Origin: Actinomycetota bacterium
GTDB lineage: Bacteria; Actinomycetota; CADDZG01; JAHWKV01
Assembly: GCA_046262935.1 (NCBI GenBank)
Contig: JBHELT010000020.1
Location: 2,893 to 66,892 of the forward strand
Reading direction: 5' to 3'
DNA length: 64,000 bases
Shown: piece by piece, positions 34,605 through 43,428 of the stretch
Position numbering within the stretch: position 1 is the first letter of the stretch
Layout of the letters: every line of letters begins with the position of its first letter
Made by a program: the position numbers and the translations under genes
Notes under the pieces: model-generated
Told to the model about the DNA's origin: nothing
Seen by the model: only the letters and a program-made list of their open reading frames with translations
Database searches by the model: none

Positions 34605-36867
34605 CCGATAACGGCGCCTGCAATGTCCATTCCTCGCGAGCCCGAGTCTTCTTGCGACGCGCGAGGGCCCACTGGCCGGAGATCTTGTAGCGCGACGGCA
34701 CAAAGACTGTTCCGCCTCCAGGTCTGGTTTTCGCAGTCAAGCGCGCCTTCACTGCTGTCCCCTTGGCCGAATCCTCTATCAAGCTGGGCACATGGATGCC
34801 GCGCCTTATGGCTATGCGTTTGAAGATCGAATCGCGTAAAGCGAAGACCCCTTCGGCGATGCCGCCTGGGAAAAGGAGCAGCAGCGCCACGACCCCCCCA
34901 CCCGTCGCAAAGAAACGGATCGCAGGACTAGATGAAAGCAGGTTGAGTGCCCCGATGTAGGTGGCTCCGAGCAAGGCACCAGCGATGGAACCCAGGCCTC
35001 CGATCACCGTCATCAAAAATATCAGTACGCTAACTTCGGGGCTGAAGTCTGGCGGCTTCAAACCGAATTCTTGATAAGCGAACAAGCTGCCGGCAACAGC
35101 TGCGATGAAACCTGCCATCGCGAACGCACCGAGTCTGGCCTTCAACAAGTCGATCCCGAAAGACTGCGCGGCGAGATCATTATCACGAGAGGCGATAAGA
35201 GCGCGCCCGATCCGACTGTTTCGAAGACCGGCAACCGAGACCGTAACGAGTACGAGGATCCCGAGACTCAGATAATAAAAGGCTCTTTGATCATTGAAGT
35301 CGATACCGAGGATCAAGGGACGCTTGATGGTCTCTGGTAGGAACTTGCCCAAGTACTGTGGAGAAAGCAGGATCGAAGCAGTCGCAAGAGATGCCGCCAG
35401 CGTTGTTATCGCAAGATGCATCCCTCGCAACTTCAGGGCAGGCAACCCAACCGCGATCGCGACCACGGCCCCGGCCATCCCACCAATCAGGAGATCCAAG
35501 GGCATAGGCAGGTGCGCTTTTCCCGCTAGCATCGTGGCCACAAAACCACCTATCCCCGCCAGAGCGAACTGGCCAAGACTCATCTGTCCGGCCCAGCCGC
35601 TAAGGATGAGCAGCGACAATCCGATCATGGCGTAAACCATCATCGTGGTGAATACGTTCACGCCTCTAGCCGCCACGACCCAGGGAAGCAACACCGCCGC
35701 GATGGCGATAGCGGATGCGATCGCTCTGCGCATACTTCTAACCGAGGGAACTTCCCTCAATTCATTGGGCACTGGCCTGGCCTGCGAACTCATGCGCCAT
35801 GAACCCGACGTTTCTTGGTCCACTCGCGAAGACCGGTAGCGCTGAAGCATCAGCACACCAAGGATGACCAAGAATAAGACGCCATCTACCACTCCAGAAC
35901 CGAAGCTCGAAAGGATCTTCTGATCGAGTACACCGATGGCGAAGGCGGCCCCAACCGTTACGGGCAGAGAAGTCATGCTGGCGATAACAGCAACGGCCAG
36001 AACCCTGACCAGAAGCGCTACATTCAGTGAGGCCGTGCCGGTGCCTGCGGAACCCATGGCTGGAATGACACCCGAGATGGCGGCAAGCGCTCCCGCGATA
36101 AGCCAAACCCGAAGTGTGAGGCCGTCGGGATTCATCCCGAGAGTAGCTGCTCTCATCGGGTTGTCTGAAACCGACCTTATGGCTACCCCGTTCCTCGAAT
36201 AACGAAGGTAGGCGAACACACCGCCGATCGCCACGATCCCTACGGCAACGATCAGGATGTCGGCTATGTGGAAGATCTGCGGGTACCACTTGATGGAAAC
36301 ATCAAAAGCTGGACGAGCGGCTTGTCCGATGGGCAGGTTGTTCAGCCTTCTTTGTTCGGAATCTGCGAAGAGTCCCGGCAAGCCGAGTTGAACTGAGGCA
36401 AGCAATTGCGCGAGACCGATCGTTACGAAGGTTGCTATCAATCTTGGTGCATCGTTGAAGCGCTTGATCACAAAGGAATAAATGACAGCCGACAACACGA
36501 CGGCCACAAGGATCGCGAAGACGAAGGACATCCAATAGTTCACTGCGACCACGCCCCGGGTCGCGTGTCTCATGCATGGCGGACAAAGCCGTCGCGTGAC
36601 AACCAAGAACGTTCTTTGCTGAACGAGTAGCCGGAAAAGGACTCCCGACAAGATCGCCAACTGCACCTGAGCGAAATTGATGATGCGATTGGTGCGATGA
36701 ACGAGAACCAATGCAGCCGCCTGTAGGGCCAGGGTTGCCCCCGCAACGATCCCAACACCGTAGATCCCGCCGGCGGCCGGTTTGCCGATGAAGATCGATG
36801 CTACGACGACCAGCCCGAGTGCGACCAGGTCCGACCTATCTCTGATCTTGGCAAACCGGCTATTCAC
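34582..36867 (-). CDS. Fused LivH-LivM-type branched-chain-amino-acid (HAAT family) ABC permease
   Basis: 761 aa with two permease halves. The first contains ...RYSRNGVAIRSVSDNPMRAATLGMNP.... The second contains ...LSGWAGQMSLGQFALAGIGGF...RNSRIGRALIASRDNDLAAQSFGID.... Confidence 0.8.
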   Translation of the reverse strand: MNSRFAKIRDRSDLVALGLVVVASIFIGKPAAGGIYGVGIVAGATLALQAAALVLVHRTNRIINFAQVQLAILSGVLFRLLVQQRTFLVVTRRLCPPCMRHATRGVVAVNYWMSFVFAILVAVVLSAVIYSFVIKRFNDAPRLIATFVTIGLAQLLASVQLGLPGLFADSEQRRLNNLPIGQAARPAFDVSIKWYPQIFHIADILIVAVGIVAIGGVFAYLRYSRNGVAIRSVSDNPMRAATLGMNPDGLTLRVWLIAGALAAISGVIPAMGSAGTGTASLNVALLVRVLAVAVIASMTSLPVTVGAAFAIGVLDQKILSSFGSGVVDGVLFLVILGVLMLQRYRSSRVDQETSGSWRMSSQARPVPNELREVPSVRSMRRAIASAIAIAAVLLPWVVAARGVNVFTTMMVYAMIGLSLLILSGWAGQMSLGQFALAGIGGFVATMLAGKAHLPMPLDLLIGGMAGAVVAIAVGLPALKLRGMHLAITTLAASLATASILLSPQYLGKFLPETIKRPLILGIDFNDQRAFYYLSLGILVLVTVSVAGLRNSRIGRALIASRDNDLAAQSFGIDLLKARLGAFAMAGFIAAVAGSLFAYQEFGLKPPDFSPEVSVLIFLMTVIGGLGSIAGALLGATYIGALNLLSSSPAIRFFATGGGVVALLLLFPGGIAEGVFALRDSIFKRIAIRRGIHVPSLIEDSAKGTAVKARLTAKTRPGGGTVFVPSRYKISGQWALARRKKTRAREEWTLQAPLSDEESFVG

Positions 36868-36920
36868 GGGAACATATAATGACAGGCGTACAAGCCCTTT
36901 GCTGGCTCAAAGTGAGGACC

Positions 36921-37697
36921 ATGGACAGCGACCTCGAGCTCGACGCCTCGATCGAAGGTATCAGACGTACTGCACCCCTTCCTTATTACGCGCAGCTTGC
37001 TCAGATCCTGAGGTCTCAGATCTCAGGCGGGCGCTGGAAGGCGGGTGACCTGCTTCCATCGGAATCCGAACTCTGTGTCATGTACGAACTTTCGCGCACT
37101 GCGGTCCGTCAAGCACTAGACGAGTTGGTCGCGGAGGGCCTTGTTCAGAAAGAGAAAGGCCGGGGCACCTTCGTCGCCAAGCCGCCGATGTCTGAGTTCA
37201 TGATCCAAGAGGTAACGGGGCTTTACGACGAGATGCGCAAGAAAGGCCAAAGAGTGACGACCGAGCTGTTGTCTCAGACTTTGGTAAGCACACCACCCGA
37301 AGCGAGAAACGCATTCGGTCAGGCAGTTGGGGCAAAGAGCATCTTGATCCACCGCATAAGAAGGATCGAAGGCGATCCCGTCGTCGAAGTGCATACCTAT
37401 CTGCCATATCCGCGATTCTCCAGACTCCTCGACGTTGAACTCACTCAGCACAGCCTTTATAGAACCCTTGCTTCCGACTTCGATGTCGAGCCTAGGGGTG
37501 GCCGCAAGAAGATAAGGGCCACCGTTGCCAATCGAGAACTCGCCGACCACCTTGGGATCGATATCGGTTCACCGATGCTTCGGGTTGAAGCGATCAACTT
37601 CGATAAACGTGGCAACCCGTTCGAATACTTCGTTGCGTGGTATCGGGGCGACCACACTTCATTCGAAGTTACAGCGGAGGATCTGAGTGATAGGTGA
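36921..37697 (+). CDS. GntR/HutC-family transcriptional regulator with UTRA effector domain
   Basis: Contains PLPYYAQLAQILRSQISGGRWKAGDLLPSESELCVMYELSRTAVRQALDELVAEGLVQKEKGRGTFV. I prefer ATG 36921, preceded by GAGGA, over the listed 36879. Confidence 0.85.
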   Translation: MDSDLELDASIEGIRRTAPLPYYAQLAQILRSQISGGRWKAGDLLPSESELCVMYELSRTAVRQALDELVAEGLVQKEKGRGTFVAKPPMSEFMIQEVTGLYDEMRKKGQRVTTELLSQTLVSTPPEARNAFGQAVGAKSILIHRIRRIEGDPVVEVHTYLPYPRFSRLLDVELTQHSLYRTLASDFDVEPRGGRKKIRATVANRELADHLGIDIGSPMLRVEAINFDKRGNPFEYFVAWYRGDHTSFEVTAEDLSDR

Positions 37698-38727
37698 ACC
37701 CTGGCCTGAGGCCGACGCGCTATTCCATCGAGATCCGCGTTTCCTGGGAAGCGACGATGCTTATTCGGTTCCCCTCGGCGATGACCGAACCCTTTGGTTG
37801 TTCGGTGACACCTTCGTTGGCGATGGACAACAGATGGACCGAAGGAAGAGTCATTTCATACGCAACTCGATCGGTATCCAAACCGGCCCTGATCCATCGA
37901 ACGCAAACGTCGACTTCTTCTGGCGAAACGACCCTTCGCCCGATTCGTTCTTCACGACCAAGCAGGGTGAATGGTTATGGCCATTGCATGGCGCAAGGAT
38001 CGCCGACACATTGCTGCTGTTCTTCATGCAGGTTAGAGGCCCTCACGGGGGTGTTGAAGAAGGATCTGATCCCATCGACGATTGGCGCGATGAGGGTGCT
38101 TTGAGTTTCTTCGATGTTTACGATTGGGAAGCATTCGTCATAGCTAACCCCGACGATCCCCCAAGTAAATGGGATATCCAACAAGCGAAGCGACCGAAGA
38201 ACCCAAGAGGCCTTGTGGCTGGCGCAACACTTTTGCCTGCCGAGGACCACCTTCTCGGATATGCATGGAAAGGGGAGGACCTTTTTCTCTCCAGGTGGGT
38301 AGCTTCAGAAGCGGCTTCGGGTGATCTTCGAAAGACCGAATGGTGGACACCAGGCGGATGGACTCTCGACTCCAACGATGCCTCACCGATCGCCGACGAG
38401 GCGAAGACGGAGTTCACCGTTCATCGAGATCCAGCAAAAGGCAAACTCTGCATGGTGCAGATGCGAGCGCTGATAGGTGCCCACATAACCGTGCGTTGGG
38501 CCGATGAACCGCACGGTCCGTGGTCTGAGCTCGAGAAGATCTACGAACCCGCCGAGGCTGAGATGCCTGGCGTTATGACCTACGCCGCTAAGGCCCACCC
38601 ACAGCTCACAGGGGCCGATCTTGTGCTCACCTATGCATCGAATGGCTCCGACGCAGACTCGACGCTCGACAACCTCGACATCTATTTCCCGCGATTCGTC
38701 AAAGTATCCTTCGAGGAAAGTACGTGA
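37687..38727 (+). CDS. Cytoplasmic beta-propeller-like predicted glycoside hydrolase (DUF4185/sialidase-fold-like; family unverified)
   Basis: No signal peptide. Contains SDDAYSVPLGDDRTLWLFGDTFVG...IRNSIGIQ...GEWLWPLHGARIADTLLLFFMQV. It shares the D-G-R-x-h-W-h-F-x-D-T-F motif with the protein at 47020-48072. Confidence 0.4.
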   Translation: MIGEPWPEADALFHRDPRFLGSDDAYSVPLGDDRTLWLFGDTFVGDGQQMDRRKSHFIRNSIGIQTGPDPSNANVDFFWRNDPSPDSFFTTKQGEWLWPLHGARIADTLLLFFMQVRGPHGGVEEGSDPIDDWRDEGALSFFDVYDWEAFVIANPDDPPSKWDIQQAKRPKNPRGLVAGATLLPAEDHLLGYAWKGEDLFLSRWVASEAASGDLRKTEWWTPGGWTLDSNDASPIADEAKTEFTVHRDPAKGKLCMVQMRALIGAHITVRWADEPHGPWSELEKIYEPAEAEMPGVMTYAAKAHPQLTGADLVLTYASNGSDADSTLDNLDIYFPRFVKVSFEEST

Positions 38728-40775
38728 TACCGAAGGTAGAAGACTTCCAGAGTTCTGCGATGAAACATCGCGTCGGGGACGTTTTCAATCCCCCAGGATT
38801 GACGAACTTCCTAGGTTGCGTCCAGGCCGACTTCGACGTGACCGCGATCAGGAGCTTGAACTTTCCGCCATACGGCTCCGGTGACACGATCACAGGCGGT
38901 TTGTACATCAACGGACGTTACCTGCCGACCACCGGGGCCGAGGTCACTCACGTTTGGTTCCCCGATCGCATAGTTCGCACTGCTAAATGGGATTCATGGG
39001 CTATCACGACGACAACGGTGATGCCGTTCGGCGAACAAGCCGTGGTCGTATCGATCGAGTTCGCAAATCAACGCTCAGAAAGACGACACGTTGAAGTGTC
39101 GCTCGCTCTGAAAGCAGGAGTGACGAAGGCTGTGCGGCCTTGGACCGATGCGTTTCCGCCCATGGGGACCGACCACTCAGTAACCGTCGACCAGGAACGA
39201 CGGGCGGTTGTGTTTTCTGCCAAAGACTCAACTGCAGTGAGCCTGCAAGGATGCGTTCCTCGCGCATCCTGGATCAACGAGAACAAACTCTCGTTCGATC
39301 TAGACGTAGATGGTTCTTCATCAACTCGCATTATGTTCATCGTCACTATCGCTGACTCGGCAAGCGAGGCCGCCTCCTCTTTCGATCGCATAGCCGCAAA
39401 AGGTTCTGACCTCATCAAGGAGACCCGTGAAGCCTGGCAAAGAGAGATCGAAGCGGTGTTTACGAAAGACAGCGGTGTTTACTCTGGGTCTCTTCCGATC
39501 CTCGAGACCAGCGATCCCGACATGGCGCGCATCTACAACATGGGAGTGATGGGGGTTCTTTACTTCAAGAGGGAAAGTCCCCATTCCATCCTGGGCAGGA
39601 CCTACGACACGTTGATGCCGCGTTACTGGCAGTCGGTGACATTCCTTTGGGACTTCAGTTTGAGTTCGTTGGTGCATACGCTGCTCGATCCCACGACGAT
39701 GCGCAAGCACCTGGAGCACTGGATGGCAACCGACATCCATAAGTACTTCGGTACCGAATGGATCACTGGCGGTGGAGTGGGTGGTTGGTATTCGGTGAAT
39801 GACTACGCGATGACCAAGATGATCAACGACTACTTGCGATGGACCGGTGACACCGCCTGGCTAGACTCCTCCGTTGGGACGTCGACGCCCATATCTTTCC
39901 TCGAGGATTATGCGAACGCTTGGGAGGGTTTCAAGTCGCCTAACGGACTTGCGGACTACGGGGGCATCGGCAACCTGCTCGAATGCGTAAGCACCTACAT
40001 CCATGAAGTCGCTAGTCTCAATGCTGCCAACATCTTCAACCTCCGAACCGCCGCAAGAGTGATGCGCTTTCGCGGGGATGACAACGCCGCCGCCAAGATG
40101 GAGGCTTCTGCTAAAAGCCTCCTTGGCGAAGTCATGAAGCTCTACTCTCAGGGCGACGGATTCTTCAATGCCCGCTATCCGGACGGACGACTCGTGCCGG
40201 TTAGACACTGCTACGACTTCATCACTGTAACCGGCACAATCGGCGAAGAATTGAGCGACGTGCAGAAGAAAGAGATGGCACGGTTCTTCACGGAAGAACT
40301 GCGCACTCCGGTTTGGATGCGCGCGCTTTCGAGCAAGGACGACGATGCGAGCTTCAGCCTCCGCCCCGACCATCAATGGACGGGGGCTTATCCGGCCTGG
40401 CCGCCGCAAGCGGTAAGCGCCCTTTGGAAGATCGGAGAAATCGACGCAGCCCTCGAATGGCTGAGGGGACTGTCCAAGTCCGCCAACCAGGGACCCTTCG
40501 GCCAGGCCCATTTCGTCGAAAGCTTCATGGAACCCGAAGACGGCGGCGCGTTGAAAGCGACGCCTGAAACCCCATACATAAACGACTGGACGTGCTCCTC
40601 GAACGGAGCCTGGGTGAACATCTTCATCGAATCGATCTTCGGAATCACGGCAGGGCTCGATTCGATAACGGCCGAGCCACGCTTCGGTGCTTTCGATCCA
40701 GATGCGCGTTTGGTTGGGATCGGCCATCAGGGGCGCATGTACGACGCAGACAAAAGGGGGCTGCACCCGCAGTGA
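38724..40775 (+). CDS. Large cytoplasmic protein, probably an (alpha/alpha)6 six-hairpin glycosidase-like enzyme (family unknown)
   Basis: 683 aa. It has a beta-rich N-terminus followed by a helix-rich region containing WYSVNDYAMTKMINDYLRWTGDTAWLD and DHQWTGAYPAWPPQAVSALWKIGE. It has 4-nt overlaps with both neighbours. Confidence 0.35.
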   Translation: MIPKVEDFQSSAMKHRVGDVFNPPGLTNFLGCVQADFDVTAIRSLNFPPYGSGDTITGGLYINGRYLPTTGAEVTHVWFPDRIVRTAKWDSWAITTTTVMPFGEQAVVVSIEFANQRSERRHVEVSLALKAGVTKAVRPWTDAFPPMGTDHSVTVDQERRAVVFSAKDSTAVSLQGCVPRASWINENKLSFDLDVDGSSSTRIMFIVTIADSASEAASSFDRIAAKGSDLIKETREAWQREIEAVFTKDSGVYSGSLPILETSDPDMARIYNMGVMGVLYFKRESPHSILGRTYDTLMPRYWQSVTFLWDFSLSSLVHTLLDPTTMRKHLEHWMATDIHKYFGTEWITGGGVGGWYSVNDYAMTKMINDYLRWTGDTAWLDSSVGTSTPISFLEDYANAWEGFKSPNGLADYGGIGNLLECVSTYIHEVASLNAANIFNLRTAARVMRFRGDDNAAAKMEASAKSLLGEVMKLYSQGDGFFNARYPDGRLVPVRHCYDFITVTGTIGEELSDVQKKEMARFFTEELRTPVWMRALSSKDDDASFSLRPDHQWTGAYPAWPPQAVSALWKIGEIDAALEWLRGLSKSANQGPFGQAHFVESFMEPEDGGALKATPETPYINDWTCSSNGAWVNIFIESIFGITAGLDSITAEPRFGAFDPDARLVGIGHQGRMYDADKRGLHPQ

Positions 40776-41671
40776 TCTTGGCGTTCGACTTGGGGGGAAC
40801 GCGCCTCAAAGCGGCTTTGGTTGATCCGGCCAATGCAGATGTATCTGGGTTCTTCACTGCGCCGGTCGGATCAACCATCGCCGAGGGGATAGCTGAGATC
40901 GAATCAGTTGGTAAGCGGATCCTGGATGGCTCATCGTGTGAAGGCGTTGGGCTTTGCGTGCCCGGACTCGTGGATGACCAAGGCATCATCGCTTCGCTTC
41001 CCGGAAAATTCGAAGGAGCAGAGGGGTTCGATCTTCCCGGCTCAATGCGGCTTGCATTCGACTGTGAACCAGTGATCGTGAACGATGCCGTCGCGTTCGG
41101 GGTCGGTGAATCGGTTCATGGGGCGGGGCGAGGTTTTCGAAGCGTGACAGTAGTGACGATCGGAACGGGAGTGGGCGTAACTGCAGTGAGCGATGGGTTG
41201 CCTATCGGCGCCGGTCTATACCCGGGAGGCATCCTTGCAGGCCACATCCCCGTTTCCGAGCGAACGTCGGGGCCTATCGACACTAACGGCACCCACGACA
41301 CCATCGAGGCACTCTGCCGCGCCACGCGCCTTGTTGATTACGCCAACGATGCGGGCGGTTCATTCGAGGATGTCGCTGCCGTTTATGCCGCGCACGATAA
41401 ACGGGACGTTTCTGCTCGCGCCGGAGTCGATCGATACAGGTCCTTACTCGCGCATTCACTGGTTGCAATCGCCCATGCGTTCGCGCCTGAAGCGATCGTG
41501 CTTGGGGGCGGGCCGATGACGAAAGATAATCCCGTCATTCAAGGTATCGAGGAGACGGTGAACTCCAGGCTCTTCGGCTCCTATCGCACGAGGATCCTGA
41601 TCTCACAGCTGGGTGACACGGCCGCTCTCGTCGGGCTAGGGAGCCTGTGGCGTAAACGGTTCTCCAGATGA
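40772..41671 (+). CDS. ROK-family sugar kinase
   Basis: GTG 40772 forms a GTGA overlap with the upstream stop. The protein starts VILAFDLGGTRLKAALVD (ATPase phosphate-1 motif). Also present: GLCVPGLVD, VIVNDAVAFGVGE, VTIGTGVG. Confidence 0.75.
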   Translation: MILAFDLGGTRLKAALVDPANADVSGFFTAPVGSTIAEGIAEIESVGKRILDGSSCEGVGLCVPGLVDDQGIIASLPGKFEGAEGFDLPGSMRLAFDCEPVIVNDAVAFGVGESVHGAGRGFRSVTVVTIGTGVGVTAVSDGLPIGAGLYPGGILAGHIPVSERTSGPIDTNGTHDTIEALCRATRLVDYANDAGGSFEDVAAVYAAHDKRDVSARAGVDRYRSLLAHSLVAIAHAFAPEAIVLGGGPMTKDNPVIQGIEETVNSRLFGSYRTRILISQLGDTAALVGLGSLWRKRFSR

Positions 41672-43428
41672 GCAACATGGGCATGCCGATCAATGAGATC
41701 CCCGGCCGAAAGAGCAACTACGACAAACGTCCGTATGTGCCCGTTGGCTCTTCAGCCGAATGCTCGATCGGGTGGGACAACGTCATACGACAGATCAAAC
41801 GAACGGGCGCGCGCGTTGTTGTGATCGAGGCTTACGCAGGAGTGAAGCAGAAGGATCTTGAGTTCGTAGCGAACGGGCTACTGCCCGATGTCGCCATCGA
41901 TGCCTCCGAGGCATTGAAACCGCAAAGCCAGATAGAAGCGATGCTTGGTCCAGAACTGACCGACGACAGGGTCTTCGGATCGATCACCAGATTCGGTCTG
42001 GAGGATATGTTCGAGGGATCTAGGTTGGCTGAGATGGCGAGACGAGTCTCCGACACACGCGGAACCGTTGTTGTGTACGGAGTGGGCGCATCGCTCATCG
42101 TCCGAGGTGACTTACTCGTTTACGCGGACATGCCCCGGTGGGAGACTCAACTAAGACAGCGGCGAAACGAAGTTGCGAACATTGGCTCTTCTAACTTCAA
42201 TGACCCTTCAAGCCTTCAGTACAAACGCTCCTTCTTCGTCGATTGGCGCATGTGCGACCGGCTCAAGAAAGAGTTGTTGCCAAAGATCGATCTGGTATTG
42301 GACACGACAGTGGACTCGCAGCCGAAGATGATCTCGGGCAAGGTGCTGACGAGGGCGCTTTCATCTGTCGCCAAAAGACCGTTTCGCGTTGTTCCCTACT
42401 TCGATCCCGCCCCTTGGGGCGGGGAATGGATAAGGACGGTTTGCGATCTCGACAAAGAGACAGTGAATTACGGCTGGTGCTTCGATTGCGTTCCCGAAGA
42501 GAACTCACTTCTTCTGGGTTTCGGCGACCAACGATTCGAGATACCGGCATCCGACCTGGTCTTCATGGAGCCAAAGGATCTGCTGGGACAATCGGTCTTC
42601 GACCGGTTCGGCGATGAGTTTCCAATCCGCTTCGATTTCCTCGACACGATGCGAGGAGGGAACCTCTCCTTGCAAGTGCATCCATCGACGGCTTACATCA
42701 AAGATCACTTCGGCATCGATTACACCCAAGATGAGAGTTACTACCTGCTTGATGCCGGTGCCTCCGCGAGTGTTTATCTCGGCTTGAAGGAAGACGTCGA
42801 TCGCGAGGCCATGGCGCGGGACCTGAGGCTTGCAGAAGGAGGGGGGTTCAGCTTCCCTACCGAAAATTACATCAACCGTTTCCCGGCCAAGAAGCACGAT
42901 CACTTCCTGATACCTGCCGGCACGGTGCACTGCTCGGGAGCAGAAAGCATGGTGCTCGAGATCAGCGCGACCCCTTATATCTTCACGTTCAAACTTTGGG
43001 ACTGGGACAGGCTTGGCCTCGATGGAAGACCGCGGCCGATCCATCTAGATCACGGACTCGCAAACATCGACTGGGACCGTGACACTCGTTACGCGAAGCG
43101 AGAATTGATCAACCAAGTGATCCAAGTCGCCGAAGGCGAAGGGTGGATCGAAGAACGAACGGGTCTACATGAAGCCGAGTTCATAGATACCAGGCGGCAT
43201 TGGTTCACCGGCACGGCGCCGCATAACAAAGGCTCCGGCGTGAATGTCTTGAACTTGGTCGAAGGAGAGGAAGCCATCGTTGAATCCCCTGAAGGAGCCT
43301 TCGAACCATTCGAAGTCCACTACGCAGAGACCTTCATCGTTCCGGCGGCGGTAGGACCCTTTCAGATAACGTCGCAACGCAATACCAGATGCGCCACCAT
43401 CAAAGCATCCGTAAGATGCGAGCCATGA
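41668..43428 (+). CDS. Class I mannose-6-phosphate-isomerase-like cupin protein (long form)
   Basis: 586 aa. Contains PAPWGGEWI, FPIRFDFLDTMRGGNLSLQVHPS, YLGLKEDV and FLIPAGTVHCSG...LEISATPYIFTFKLWDWDRLGLDGRPRPIH. Confidence 0.6.
   Translation: MSNMGMPINEIPGRKSNYDKRPYVPVGSSAECSIGWDNVIRQIKRTGARVVVIEAYAGVKQKDLEFVANGLLPDVAIDASEALKPQSQIEAMLGPELTDDRVFGSITRFGLEDMFEGSRLAEMARRVSDTRGTVVVYGVGASLIVRGDLLVYADMPRWETQLRQRRNEVANIGSSNFNDPSSLQYKRSFFVDWRMCDRLKKELLPKIDLVLDTTVDSQPKMISGKVLTRALSSVAKRPFRVVPYFDPAPWGGEWIRTVCDLDKETVNYGWCFDCVPEENSLLLGFGDQRFEIPASDLVFMEPKDLLGQSVFDRFGDEFPIRFDFLDTMRGGNLSLQVHPSTAYIKDHFGIDYTQDESYYLLDAGASASVYLGLKEDVDREAMARDLRLAEGGGFSFPTENYINRFPAKKHDHFLIPAGTVHCSGAESMVLEISATPYIFTFKLWDWDRLGLDGRPRPIHLDHGLANIDWDRDTRYAKRELINQVIQVAEGEGWIEERTGLHEAEFIDTRRHWFTGTAPHNKGSGVNVLNLVEGEEAIVESPEGAFEPFEVHYAETFIVPAAVGPFQITSQRNTRCATIKASVRCEP

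Noticed and set aside
39861-40766. 301-aa minus-strand ORF.
   Set aside because: It is antisense to the 683-aa plus-strand gene, which sits in a chain of overlapping plus-strand genes. It has no recognisable motif.
42505-43044. 179-aa minus-strand ORF and similar ORFs (44514-45044, 43461-43919).
   Set aside because: They are shadow ORFs opposite the PMI-like and binding-protein genes.
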